A DNA stretch of 64,000 bases from Lingula anatina. Taxonomy: Eukaryota > Animalia > Brachiopoda. The notes beneath the pieces are model-generated. The model did not search any database, was not told where the DNA came from, and worked only from the letters and a program-made list of their open reading frames with translations. The translations under genes were made by a program, and so were the position numbers. Each line of letters opens with the position of its first letter. Position 1 is the stretch's first letter. The stretch covers positions 35,408,401 to 35,472,400 of the forward strand of contig CM120641.1 in NCBI GenBank assembly GCA_051362555.1, in the 5' to 3' direction. Below, in pieces: positions 26,950 to 40,602 of the stretch.

Positions 26950-27973
26950 GCCGATGCTTTTGTCAAATGGTTTATACCATGTTTGATACCTTGTCTTTAA
27001 GTATCACAATTTTGCGATAATAGTATGCATGTAGTTGGACATTTCTCCAAGCGGTCTGTGACAATTTGTAAAAAAAAAAAAAAAAAAAATAGAAAGAAAT
27101 TAATTTTACACTATTGACTTGAGTTTATTAGTTTTTTTTTTTTTTTTACAAATGAATCGTACATTAACACACCTATCCCATCTCAGTAAAGCAATGGTCC
27201 TTTTTTTTTTTTCCTTGTAGACAATTGCAGCTGCAGGTGCAAAGCCACCCATGAGAGTGAAACAATTCCCAGCCAAATGTGAGCTATTTTGTCTATGAGT
27301 GTTTTTATATTAATTTCTAAATGGGAAGACTATTTATATAACTAGAATGTAAAAATGCTAAAAGTGGGACAAAAGTGATCTGAAGATTGGCATCTATGTC
27401 TAAACCTTAAACAAGAACTCGTGTATGAATGTGGGGGAAATAATGCTACAATTTGTTTTTTTAAAAAATCATAACTGTCCTTTAATTCCAGCTGAGCGCA
27501 GTTCTACAGGTTTGATAGAGTTTGAGGCCAAGGCTGATGCCATAGAGGCTCTGGTCTGTGCCAACCATGCAGAGATTCCTAATCCAAGTAAGTTTTTCTT
27601 TTCTTAAAAAAATAAATAAATAATAATAAGAAGAAAATTAGATTACTTTTGTTTTTGTAAAATTTTGAGACTGTCACTTATTAGCTGATTTCAAATCTTT
27701 TCTAATTAATTTTTTTGACCTTAAAGTGAATTGTGGAGTACACCTGAGAAAAAGTTTACATGATGTGTAACTCAATCTTAAGTTAATGGTTTACATTTTT
27801 GTGATAGATCCTAACTGATGTATTGATTAATTTTTTTTGTGAAGTGTTGATTTGATATTACCTGATGTCCAAACCTGGTAGTTCTTGAATCATATCGTAC
27901 TATATTATTTTCAGATGGCAAGCACCCATATGTGTTCAAGCTGTGCTTTTCTCAAACGCCCATCCTGGAGTAG
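19317..27973 (+). CDS. HNRNPL: Heterogeneous nuclear ribonucleoprotein L family protein (four RRMs, 552 aa, 17 exons)
   Basis: Exons 19317-19394, 19911-20029, 20222-20270, 20449-20487, 20782-20855, 21066-21141, 21465-21550, 21807-21903, 22135-22201, 24720-24797, 25161-25306, 25612-25821, 26142-26263, 26710-26914, 27221-27278, 27492-27587 and 27915-27973 join in frame (1659 nt). Diagnostic peptides: SPVIHVRGL, RQALVEF, NYSTSQKI, LRIVIFKKNGVQAMVEF, LNGADIYSGCCTLK, WDYTNP, MNCDRIFNLFCLYGNV, RNNRFTNPEAASKNRI, KLCFS. Confidence 0.95.
21551..21806 (+). other. U12-type (minor spliceosome) AT-AC intron in hnRNP L RRM2
   Basis: 5' end ATATCCTT, branch-site-like TTCTTTAAC close to a terminal AC. Removing it restores QAMVE/FDSIESA in frame. 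Confidence 0.92.
22590..22960 (+). promoter_or_regulatory. CA-rich intronic cluster, candidate hnRNP L binding / splicing regulatory element
   Basis: Visibly dense in CA/ACA/CAC motifs and T-poor compared with the T-rich flanking intron. It lies in the longest intron of the gene. Confidence 0.55.
24170..24254 (+). other. Candidate poison cassette exon of hnRNP L
   Basis: T-rich tract and tatatag acceptor. Candidate donors after 24213 (aag|gtattt), 24254 (gag|gtaacc) and 24263 (ttg|gtatgt). In-frame TGA at 24220-24222. A second CA-rich block (~23880-24120) lies just upstream. Confidence 0.45.
26915..26948 (+). repeat. (GT)n microsatellite forming the 5' splice site of an hnRNP L intron
   Basis: gag|gtgtgtgt... 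directly follows the exon ending at 26914. Confidence 0.9.
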
Positions 27974-29356
27974 ATGTGTTGGTGTTCTTTGCACAGCCAA
28001 AATGTGGATTAGATATACCATTTTTCATATCTGTAAATTTGGCAGCAGTTATATTAGATGTGAATGAATGGAACATTTTAAGAAATCTAGATCAATTGAT
28101 GCTCATTTTGCAGCATTGAAACATGGCCTTGGTGTGTTGTAACACCTGGCAGTTTTAGTAGCACAAACTTCAGTGGAGAGGCACTAAGTGGTTATTTTAA
28201 TGAAAAACAGTTCTTTAGAGTAAAGTATTTTAACACTGGGAATCATGCTATTTGTAAATACGCATCAGAGCAGTTCATTGGGGTCAGCATTTTTAAAATT
28301 TGGTTCAGTAATTGAGAAAAAGGGCATTTTAATTGAAATTAATAACAGTCTGATAACCGAATTTTTGCAGTAGATAAAGATAATTATTGGTTGCTTCAAT
28401 TGTTGAAATATCAATAGAAATAAGTTGCAACAGTGTTGTTTATAATTTTCTATTTGTACTATTTCCCGAACAGTTGTTTAACTGGGAAGTATTCAGAGCG
28501 CTGCAGCAAATTGAGCTGAGTAGATAAATTAGAAGTATTTTATAGGTGACCACATATAAAACACATTTCTTGTTTAATGTTTTTATATACCGTTCATGTA
28601 ACCTGTCCGTTTGGTATAAAGAAAATTAAAGCGTTCAGTTCACGTTTGGTTACAATGTTTCCTTTTAAAGCGGTTTTTCTCTTTGACGGTGCCTGTTGCT
28701 TAAAAGTCTATTTTTGGATTATGCTTATCGATTACCATTTTTTTAAATGTCGGACGTGAAAAAGAAACGCAGCAGAGGCTACGCGTCCTTTTACTTTGGT
28801 TCACTGCGATTTCAAAGACTTGGTCATTCGACAATGTGCTGCCTTGATGTAAAGAGCAACTCGATGTATTGCTTTGATTTTTGCCCTGTTGCACTATTGT
28901 AAAAAAATGCTGTATAGGTTGATGAAGAAGCAAGAGATTCTTTGATTGTTTAAACATTTTAAGTCTTAAACTATTTTAACTTGATGTATTCTTATAAACC
29001 TGGGCATACTCCTAACGTAAATAATCGTGCGCGCACGTGTTTGTAACTTGGGCAGTCCGACTAAAAAATATTAATTTGACAAGCGCAAGTAACCACATGC
29101 TCAAGTGTTTTGTGACTTGGGCAGATTAAAAAGAGAGTAATTTGGCCTATTGCCAATCCTAGTCCATACTTCTGTTGAGGAGAGACAAACGCTACGGTTA
29201 TGAATACTGACTGCGCGCAGAATGCCACGTTTGAGATCTGGAGCTCAATTCAGGTTGACCTCTTGGGGTGAAATTCCTAACAGTATATCAACACCATAAA
29301 AAAAGAAAGGCGTTAAACACAAGTCCTTTATTCAAAAATCCTATCAAACAGACTTA

Positions 29357-29430
29357 GGCTTCGTTCACATGGAAAGTCTATTTTCTAATAATATAAATAA
29401 TAAAAATAGACTTTCCATGTGAACGAAGCC
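29357..29430. mobile_element. Short PIF/Harbinger-like MITE, TTA target-site duplication
   Basis: tta|ggcttcgttcacatggaaagtctatttt...aaaatagactttccatgtgaacgaagcc|tta. Same TIR as 50704-50847. Confidence 0.85.
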
Positions 29431-29829
29431 TTATATTGCACATGTTAAAACAAGTCATTATGCATGGAACAATGCAGTCACTGCACTCCAGGAAGAAGGT
29501 AGGTAGACATGACAGCAGGCCACGTTCAATTTTACCCAATTATCACAAAATTTCAGTACAAAGTTCACACATCTATCCTGCGCCGTTTCTTCTCCAGTCT
29601 TGCCCCAAGTGAGATTATCAAATAACAACTGCCCTGAACGTGCCTTTAATAGAAATATCACTTCACAGGTTACTGTCAACTACTCTTAAAAATAAATACT
29701 CTTCGCTTGTATATGTACGTATATTATAACGTAGGTCCTCAGGAGTAGTTTTCTCCGCTTTTAATAAGTGACAAGGAGAGACAATAGCCTTTCCACAACA
29801 GTGTTGGATGTAAGTCTGCGTTGTCTATC

Positions 29830-32800
29830 CTAGGCATATTTCATCAGACCCCCTGTTCGAACAGGAGAACCAAAGGCGACCAACGTCCTAGCTTTTAGTT
29901 CAAGCATTTTTTCTTCCTTTTCTTCTTTTCTCTTGGCCACTGAAATAAATGTCCACGCATTTTGAAAAGTGCGACACTGACTTAAACTTGTAAAGGATTA
30001 TTTTTTTAAAAACTGCCAAAATAATTTTTTTCTTTTATGAGTATTTTAGGGTATTTTTTCACTCTATCAAGATAAAACTTAATTTCGTTGTAGTGCTTTC
30101 TACAAATGTTTTTACTACATGTCCACTAAGAGGGTTAAAATTGCGCTACAATAAACTGATACTAAAAGACTTTTTTTCGTCAGATACAAAACACATTGTT
30201 GGCGTTTCAACAAAGCGCGATTATTCCAAATCCGTATTCACACTCACATTTCGCTATGTGGTGTCAAAACAAGGGTGAGTACGTTACAGATTGGTGGAAT
30301 TCTGCTTTCCGTTTCTCATTTCCATACAATGGTTTTCTTTGATCGGCGATCGGGATCGAGTTCAGATGCTCTAGTACTGGGCATTAAAACGCTAATCTGA
30401 CCTCTTTGGATGTCTTTTTTCCTTGAACTGAACTACTACACTCCACAAACTAATTCAAAACACATAAAAACGAGCCTCCTCTGCCTCAGAGGGGGTTTGT
30501 TGTTCTTTAAACAAAAACCTGAACCTAGCCAAGGAATTAAAATAACGCGTTGTTCTCAGCATGTCTTAAGTTGCGTTTAAAACAGTTTCAACAAAAACGC
30601 TTGAGAAGTAACTTCAGCACGGAGACAGTTCACTGCATACTACTGTTCTGAGCTATCCAGTTTAGCGATGAGATGGTCTTGGCCACAATGGGAATACCTC
30701 AAGGGGGGGAAGAAGGAGGGGCATTTTATTTAACTTTAATATTTCCTTAATAGGTCAGGACTATCATGTTTTAGTTAAGATCGGTCTGAACAGTGGTGAG
30801 GCGGTCAACCGAGTTAGGCTAGACATCAGTATTTATTTTTCTTCTTTTCGCAAATAAGAATAGCCTTATGTTCAATGTGAAAAAAAATCCAGTTTCCCAG
30901 AAAAAAATAGCAGTTACTCTAAAGGAATTGGCGAAACCGGAAAAATCTGTACTAAAAAACAAATGAAATATGTTTTTGGGACAGATGTCGCTATGTTACT
31001 GATAAGGGGTCAGCAGAGAAAAGACAACTTACCCGCCAGAGCCACCATAGAGATGCCCCACGAGACGCTCCAGAACCACCCCACTAATAGGAACGTTATC
31101 GTCATCATTTGAGCAGCTCCAACAAACACATTGCAGCATAGAGTAGCGGATTTCCTGTCGTCTTTTGCGTTGATTCTAGGCTCTCCACAACAGAGTATTG
31201 CGAACCCGCTTAACATTGTACCTGAAAAATAGATGTTGTAACGTGAAATTCCTCTGCTTTAAAATATTGTCAATCAATAGCTTTCGACTTTGCGATCACT
31301 AGAATGCCATGAGTCAAACTGTAGATCAGTTTTTATCAAGAAAAAAAGGAAAACAAAAGAAAAACAGTGACACCTTATAGACGAATTTCGGGTAGCACTG
31401 GTGATACACTAAGGTCACCACGTTTACGATTTTGGTTGTATATGTAAAAACCGTTTTTAGATATTCGCCGAAGTGTTTTTTGAGTAGAAAACTAGCTTAT
31501 GATGTATTTTGATTTCATAATTGAACCTGCAATCTAGGATGAAAATTTTATTTTATTTTACAATATTCCCCCAAATAAAAAAATATATATATATATTACA
31601 GTATCTTGATCAATGTTGGAATTATGATTTGAACTTTTTTAAACATAAGTCACTGAACGGACCCTACCAAGGAAATAAACTAGGTCGTTGTATAAAAGAT
31701 ACTAGAAATTAGAGAAAACATTAATATAGTATATATAGTATATATTACGAGATGTCAGCTATGCCAGGCTTTCATGTAAGACGAAAAGATCAAATTCAAC
31801 CAATCGTATTATCTGTCTCGTGTTACTGCTCTCTTAGTTCTGAAGTGTGATAGACCCCAAACAAATACGATAGGACAAGATATACACTTGTTTGGGCGCT
31901 AGAATAAGTAGATTTAATCATTCTGTTTAAATCGGGACAATCGGATTTGAATTACCTAAATCAATATTATGTTTGCGTTGTCACCATAACAGTTTAGCTC
32001 CTAACTTTTGCATTCTTTATGACCTACCCATCGCACAACACGTCTTCAGTCTGTCAGGTTTTAAATAAAATTGGCTCAAAGCTTACAAGCAACACGGGAC
32101 GACCAAATGAATTCACAAGCGATTTCAGACGTTTGAAGTGCAGTAGGATCTATCTGCAACAAATGCAAAACCTGGGCCTGAAATCATTGCTAATGAAGTT
32201 GTGCCAAATTTTCTTTTTTTGGAAAAAGTTGGGTGGGGGAGGGAGGGGGGGGGGGGGTCGAAGCTTGCAGACCCGTGCTTTCCTGCATGTAGTTCCTGAA
32301 ACAGTTTGGTTAAAATTGACATTTACGAGTATATAACGGACATCTCCCTCCCCCAACAGGCATCGCCCCATGTACGTCACGAAAATTACATGGTTACCTA
32401 AATTTAGCAGGGTCAGCGATTTTAGTGAGAAAATAATCAGCAAAATGTGGTACCTATAATTCACACGCCTCCCCATATAAAAAGAAGTGTACTGAAATAA
32501 AATTTTTGAAAATTCAACTTGCAGCGTTTTAGGAGGTACGTTCATTATTAGAGGGTGGAACGTTAAACATGCTCTGCAATCCAACTGTCAAGTTGAGACG
32601 CACAACAGAGAAACGACCGCATTATTTGAGACATATTTACATTTCGACGAAAAAAAACAAACAATTTTTCGCCACGTAAAATGAAAACTACGACTTTACG
32701 TTGGTAAAAAGTTGGCTGAACAGGTCAATTTTTAAAGAAAAGGATCATATATGGACTAAAACAAGTGATATGAATAGCCTGTTAAATTGGACTAAATTTA

Positions 32801-33796
32801 GATCGGTATCCAATCTTCAACTTGGATCTGGTATTGAGGTCGGTTCGATATTGACTATCATTCCGATAACATGTGTCTTGAGGAGATTATATAAACATGA
32901 TCGATCTTCCCTTAGTCAATTATATGAAATTCCAAGGTGCTTATCCTCCTGTCAGCTTTAGACGCAAATATCTTAGTCCAAACTAATGACATCAGAATTC
33001 TGTTATGTTTTTAAAGATGACGACCTCAACGAGAACACAAATCTTTTCTACCCCCATTTCACAATTATCATGGCATATCAGATAAGACAGAATAAAAATA
33101 TGCAGGGAATATAAACACTAAACACTTTTTAAACGACAAACGAGGGAAATAATCAAAAGCACATTTACCTATCCCTGGCAGAATAATGTTGAGGAAACAG
33201 AAGAGTAACGCCAGACCAAGCGGAAGGCAAGGGATGGCCGACTTGATATAAGTGTCATTGTTCGTTAGCACAGATTTCGGTTTCTCCTCCGACCCCGGGG
33301 GGTGTACAACGGTGGCTCTCTGAAGACGGTCGAGTAAAGTGGCAGAATGTTTAGAATCGAGGGATTCCCGTCGAGACCCAAGAGATAAATGATCCGTCTC
33401 GTTTTGAATGTCATTTTCCCCCAACTGTCCGTCTCTGTCTCCAGGTACCATTAATGAATTCGATCTCTCTCTCGGCGATCTGGACCGGGACGCACTGTCT
33501 TTCCTTAATCCTGGGGCATTTTTACCGTTCTTGTTGTGATGCGGATTGAGCTGTGCTACTTCCTTCAGTTCTACCTTTCCCCAATTTTTCTTGGCTGCCT
33601 CTGATCCAGTTTTCTTGTTATTTTGACTGAGTTTTTGTGGAGACCTCCCATGGTCTGTCGGAGTGACATTAGCGGTGCGGAATTTGTTATGGTTCCCAGC
33701 TTTCGGTGTGGCAGAAGTGGCGTTTTCATTACTAGTTGGAGTTTTACTCGGTGCATTCTTTTCTTGATTATCAGCAGAGTTAGTCGTTGTTGCCAT
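29830..33796 (-). CDS. stum: Protein stum homolog (SPEC3/stum family membrane protein, ~308 aa, 3 coding exons)
   Basis: Exons 33796-33169, 31221-31033 and 29939-29830 join in frame (927 nt). Family motifs: AIPCLPLGLALLFCFLNIILPGIGTMLSG and GAAQMMTITFLLVGWFWSVSWG. The last exon is the least certain. Confidence 0.85.
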
Positions 33797-36059
33797 TCTT
33801 TATATTATATTAAAGGTTACAGCTTGGTCCCCTAGATTGAATCTAATGGGAGACGCAGTATGTACTGAGTGATTATCAAAAGGAAATGTTCACCAAGTTT
33901 CCAGACTTAAAGCCTGATCTGCCTGATGCAAATGCAAACAATCCTTTGGTCGTTTTCGTAAGAAACTTGACTCGATATATCTAAAAAATGAACCTCTGTG
34001 TGCTATTAGTTAAACAACTTCGTCATCCGTGAAAACTGCCTGTTTTCAGCAGAGCTAAGTCAGCTATGAGGGTGAGGCACAAGTGCTGCGCCGGATTTGG
34101 ATTACAGTCTGAACAATCGACCTGAGGCCAAGGCAAAGTCACACTTGTTATACGTTCCCTTGCTTAAAAAATCCCGTCTCCTGCGCAAGCAATCATCAGT
34201 CCAATTGTGATGCCAGCAGTCGGCAGGTCCCTACTCTTCAAATTTGTATAAATATATCAGAGTACAGATAGAATATTTGTGACATCGGCAAAATAAAACT
34301 TCAACATCCATAGTTATGAACATGTACAGGGTACAGCGTAGTTGACACGAAGTTGATATCACGGTCACGGTAAATTACTGTAAGGCGAAAAGACTGGCAC
34401 TCCAACTTGCTTAAAGTTTGATATGTTCATATTAATCATCTCAGCCTTAACTATATCTGAACAGATAGAAAGAAGTGTCATCAAAGAGGTCAGGTCAAGT
34501 GTGAGATAAGAAGACTACGGGAGGGCACTCTACCTGCCTAGTTTGTTTATTTGGTCTATCGTGGTGTATGTGCGTGCGCGTGTGTGCATGCGCGTAAGAG
34601 AGAGAGAGAGAGAGAAAGAGAGAGAATTTAACCTAGGTGAGTAAAAAGTCCAATCTCCGGGATCCTAACATAGAGAGTTCAGTTATTTTATTCAAAATTC
34701 GCGAGTAGCTTTTCTCCTAATAAAATATCGACTCAATCTGATTTGATTGGCTCTTAACCATTGATCCATATTACAACATGCCGTGATTGACGGTAAATAT
34801 ATGTAGCGATTTGTTTTTTTGTTATGTTTTATGCATAAAAAGTTGAAGTTTCCCAAAATGAAGAAGTCGGGTGTACTATTGGCTTTTAATGTAGTTTCAA
34901 ATTGATCGCTTAGAAACCACGGATAAGAACTACCAACACTTGACATATTGCACGGATGAAATCGATTGAATGAACGGCAGTGTAAATTTGATTCTAGTTC
35001 TTTTTTTCTCCATTAGATAAGTAGAACAGAAGTAAGTCCCATCTAAATCAAGAAGACATGACAGTTGATAACAGCGAGGATAATCACCTGATATGATAAT
35101 GTCCGTATATCAATTTCTATCTTCGTGGAGCTAACACAAATATCAAATACGGATGAACAGCCTGACGAACCAATCTTATCACCAAGCATAGATGATATTG
35201 GAAAACGGATTTGTCCGTATAATTTTATCGAGTAGTTGTTACTCTGTGGTCCCCTGCCTCAGACCACTTACTGGTGGATTATTCTTGCTAAAAGTCACGT
35301 TTAGGGGGGGAATTCAATCTAGCACAAATACTCTGTACTATACTACGGACACTGGCTCTGGCGAATCAATACTACTCAACTTTTCTGGGCTTAAGCTTGT
35401 GACTTTTTTTCACGGAGCTGTGCGAATTGTGAATTTTTACATTACCACGAGCGTAAATACTTCTTTCTACTTGGTGTTTGAAATTATATCTGGACAAGTA
35501 ATTCGATTTCTTTTTTTCACATTGAAGAATCAGTAGTGTTTCATCAAATCGACGAGAAAATTGTCCCCGTATCTCAACCAAAGCATTTAACATCGGCTCA
35601 ATTTCTCTCATTTTCACACACCCTTTTCATTATTTCCTTGAAATAGCATAGTCGCAGTCAATAAGTCCATTTAAAAGCAATCACCGCCGCTATAACCATA
35701 ACAACAACTCCGATTGGAAACTATCAGAGTGGTTAATTTCCAGTTGTATGATAAAGACCTCCTCAATATCTGAATCGATAAGGCACACCATGATTTCCTT
35801 TTAAAGCATTTATTTCGCAAATATTATGAAAGTGATATTTGAAAACGGGAATAGATATGCAATCCCGAAAGGGAGTTGCACGGCTCACAAGGACTGCCAA
35901 AAATGGTCTGAATGGTGTAATAACGAATTTGTCTGCAAGACGAACGGGCTATCTGATCACGTATATAGTAAGGGCTGACATGTAATACTCATAATCTAAT
36001 CTTTGAGACCATGGCTACAGAGCTAATTATAACAGGTTTTACTCTGTTGTGTCTTCAAG

Positions 36060-36324
36060 CAGGGGCGGATCCAGGATTATTTGAAGGGGGGGGGGGTCCG
36101 CAGATTCGCAGTCAACCCTCCCCACCCACCGTGGCGTGGGGTTCGGGGCCCGCTTAAGGTATTTTGTAATTTTAGAGGGCGAAAGGTGCCATTTATTATT
36201 ATTCAGCTAGTCAAAAATTTAATTTCAAGAGGGACCATTGATGTGATTTTTTTTCAGAAATCGAAGGGGGGGGGGGGGGGCAGGACCCCCCTGACACCCC
36301 CCCTCCCCCCTAAATCCGCAACTG
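36060..36324. mobile_element. Non-autonomous DNA element with CAGGGGCGGAT-type TIRs
   Basis: tcaag|caggggcggatcc...aaatccgcaactg|tcaag, with internal G and C runs. Confidence 0.75.
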
Positions 36325-37276
36325 TCAAGGCAGATGGAATTTGTTTCACAGGAAACCATTGAATACATTTTCATACTGAGACAAAATATCAATTGACTTG
36401 TAGTTTTTTCCTGACACGATGAAGACCCTAGCATAATAACTTTTACGAAATATATGTGCATTCCTTTTCTTGTTGCTATAGGAACAATTGCTATGCGAAA
36501 GAATAAACGAATATACCCTACTAGCAGCACCTGCATCAGTAAATACAAAAATCAAATGCAAATATGTCACCTTCATCTGACATTATATGGCCTTAATGCC
36601 CTTTAGGGTCCTACATAAATCTGTTTCCTACCAATCTTTTAAAAATTCCATTTTCTTAACTATGAATTATCAGCTGCAGGTGTTTTTGGTCGAATGAAGC
36701 TTGGCTCACATACCAGAATCGGCGAAATTTTACAGCTTTAATGGTCTAAATGTTTTACTGGAAGGTGCAGTGTATCACCAGAAGATAATTCTAAGGCTGC
36801 ATTCAGCGATACTTTTAACATAAACCGTTCTAGGACTAACCTCATAAGCTGTGAAATGCACCAAATTGCTAACTTCAGTAGTCTTTAAAACTGTCTCAAG
36901 AGCGTTGAACAAGGATTATGTCAACACTACATGTGATTAACAAACTAACTGTTCATCTACATAGTATATAAAGACCACTATGTATGGCCGGGGACAACTT
37001 AGAAAGTCCCAATTGTATAAATAATTCAGAATATTAGAGACGATTTTTAAGGGGATGCGGTGGAAAATAGAGGGTGAATTAGAGGCATGGAAGACTGCTG
37101 TATCTATACCGTCTCTCACTGAGCGAATTTACGATCCGAAAAGCAGTCTTTGCGTTTTTGTATTGATTTATAGATAACATATTTTATATGGCAAATGATA
37201 AAACATTTTGGACGATTTTTTGACGTAAATTCCATTCAATGTCAACGAGTAACCAAAAACTTACAGAACTGTGGCA

Positions 37277-37389
<113 letters not shown>

Positions 37390-39367
37390 ATGTTTCCTAT
37401 CTAGGATTTTCATTCCAAATATAAAAATTCTTCGAAGTTTTTTCCCTACTTACAATTAGGATTTCGACGTTTTTGATCATTTCTAATTATATAATTGACA
37501 CCAGGCACATTTATTTAACAGATTTTATCGTTCTTTAGGCAAAAATTGGGAAACATTAGTAGCTTAGAAAATGACTTTGGGGCGTTTTCAAACGTGGATA
37601 GCATACTTTTAATCATGTATATTGGTAGTCCGGCCAGTCATAGGCTTCTCTGACGCAATGGCTTGTGTTTCAGTTCAAGAGAGCTTGTGATGAATGTGAT
37701 GAATATGTGAATAGTGGACAATATTTCTCTTGTCTTCAGCTTGTATTTTTTAAGCACCGACTTGAAGACACTGTAAGCATCGGCAAACTCAGTATTCATT
37801 ACAATATCAATCTAAAAACCTGTTAAGTCCTTGTCTGATTGGTAGCATTCTTGTTTTTTTTTTTTTTTTTGTAGAATTCACCAAATTTATTTCTGACATA
37901 TCCATAAAAGTCAGACAAAAGCTCTCCAAGTCCTGCTGCACTCATGTCTTCTATTTCCCCAGTGTCTCACCCTAGCCACAAATTGAAATGTGTGCACTGT
38001 TTGTTTAGAAATTATATATGTAGATACTTCAGGTGTACACATTACGTTAATATCATTAATCAACACTATTCAATGTCTATCACTAATCCGCTTCATTTAT
38101 TTATATTAGAGGGACCTTCAATAAATGCGGCCGTTATCGGCCAAATTTAGAACATCATGCTTGGGTTTGTTCTTTTCTTTTAATAGACACGTCTCATAAT
38201 TTAAATCGGTTTAGATCAAGGAGACATAAAGGGTCTGTATATATATATATCATACGAGTGGTAGCGACTCGCAATTGGTCTTGTTGATTCGCAATATTTT
38301 GCAAGTAATTCAGCTAAGATATAATATGTCAACTCAATTCTGTAATTCGACGAACCAAAATTAATGTCGATTGTTCGGAGGCTGCGTGTTTTCCAGGAAT
38401 TGTGTTAGCAGTGATTTGCACAATCGTGTTTTGTTCAATCAAGGTCGTCGCGGCTAGAAAAATCGCAGGCAATCGACACTTCAGCATGGGTCTTAAGCTG
38501 TATCGAGTAAGATCATTTACAAAATACTTTCTTTTTTCTAGATTAACATTATAAAAAAACCCCCAAAATTATACTTTGGGGAAAAGGATTATACCAATCA
38601 AGAGGGGTAAATAAGGAACACTGGGTAAAAGAGACTTACTTATTAAATAAAAAAGATATAAAAGTTTAGTAATAAGTATTACGTTGACACAAACATAATA
38701 AGAGATATTACTTGGTCATATTTTAGAATTCATTTAAAAGTAAAATTAATAAGTCAGGCTCATTTATGCTAATGCTGGATGAGAATCAGTAGAATAGAAA
38801 ACGGGCTGCGTACATATACAAGCTATAACCATAAATTTCCATTTATGAAAAAAGAAATTGTTGATTATTTTTAAAAAGTCATTTAAGAATAGTTACTATA
38901 TTGGGATGTGTTATGGCTCCACACTAGGAACAGGTGTTAATTTTTAGTTAACGCAAATCTCCATTTGGCAAAATTTTAGATGTTGTTTTGAAAAGATTAC
39001 CGATCACAAGTAGTACTTTTTCTCTACAAGCTTCTCAACCTCATTGAATAAATCCTGAACCCCTTTTAAAAAGACATCAGAATGACATGACATGACTATA
39101 TTTACCTAAAGACATCCATCTCAAAAATAAATAAAAAAAAAATAAATAAATATTGAAATTATAAGAAACTATATCCATATTTTAATCTTCATAGGATTCC
39201 TATAGAAAGTATGAATTATAGGGGTACTTGGAGTCCTGAAAATACCGTAAATTTCCATATACTTTTCTAAAAATGTCATTAGCCTCTTCCATCTCCTCTT
39301 CCGAAAAATAGGCAGGACCGGTTCATCACATCAAATTATATTCAGATTCATCATGGATAGGATTCAT

Positions 39368-39535
39368 CAGGCCTGTAGCCAGGGGGGGTTCGGGGGGTTC
39401 GAAAGAACCGCCCCTTTTGCTGGGAAAAGGTCCACTCTGGGTAAAATTTGTTCTAGGTACATGAAGGTTTTATGGGAAAATGTCCACTTTTTCAGAAAAA
39501 GAACCCCCCTTTTGAAATTGCTGGCTACGGGCCTG
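39368..39535. mobile_element. MITE with CAGGCC(T/C)GTAGCCAG TIRs and ATTCAT flanking duplication
   Basis: attcat|caggcctgtagccag...ctggctacgggcctg|attcat. Confidence 0.85.
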
Positions 39536-40002
39536 ATTCATTGTAATTACCATGCTTCCAAACTCATTGTTATAATTGCCAGCATTGCTATAATAATAAT
39601 AAGGATGCAAGAGTTATGAAACATTATTTTCAAAACATGTCGCAAGTGTAAATCATTTCTGTGAAAATGTTGTCTTACACAATGCCCGTTTTTTTTTTCT
39701 TTTAAAACCATGAATGAAGTAAACAAGTTATTTTTATCAATTCAAAAGTGAGCCTAGTCACTCAAACTGAGTAATATGTCAGTGGGAATTAAAACCTTCC
39801 ACAACGAAGCATCTTACGTACTTTGCTCAAGATCAAAACTATGAAAACATGTATGAGATAGGCATTGTTTATTACCTACTGGACCATTATGAAATGCCAA
39901 ACTTGGGAGCAAACATGATGAAAGATATTACTTGGTCATATTTTAAATTTCATTTTGAGGTCACATTAATATATCAGGCTCATTAATACTTATCCTGGAT
40001 TA

Positions 40003-40188
40003 AATTTACCCTCTACCAGGGCGAGTGATAGATATTTTTACAGATATTCACAGATATGTCTCTATCTAGATAGATAGTCATTTACAGCTGAACTCTGGGT
40101 TTAGCTGAAAATGACCATCTATCTAGCTAGAGACATATCTGTGAATATCTGTAAAAAATCTATCACTCACCCTGGTAGAGGGTAGATT
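40003..40188. mobile_element. Near-perfect ~185 bp foldback/palindromic insertion
   Basis: taccctctaccaggg...gatattcacagatatgtctcta pairs with tagagacatatctgtgaatatc...ccctggtagagggta. It is absent from the paralogous copy at ~38778. Confidence 0.85.
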
Positions 40189-40550
40189 AGATTCAGTAAA
40201 ATAGAAAACGGGTTGCGTACATATACAAGCTATAACCTCAAAATTCCATTTATGATAAAAGTCATTTAAGAACAGTTACTATATTGAGATGTGTTATGGC
40301 CACACACTGAGAACAGGTGTTAATGTGTAGTTAACGTAGATCCGCATCTGGCAAAGTTTCAAATGTTGTCGAAAGGATTACCGATCACAAGTAGTATTAT
40401 TTCTCTACAAGCTTCTTAACCTCATTGTATAGTACTAGTATTGTTACTAAAAGACCCATTTATATTTTACCACTAAGTGTATAAATTCTAAACATCCCTT
40501 AAAAGGGGGTCTGAATGACATGACTATATTTACTTAAAGACATCCATCTA

Positions 40551-40553
40551 AAA

Positions 40554-40600
<47 letters not shown>

Positions 40601-40602
40601 AT
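40551..40602. repeat. (AAAT)n microsatellite
   Basis: Directly visible; longer than in the paralogous copy near 39125. Confidence 0.9.
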
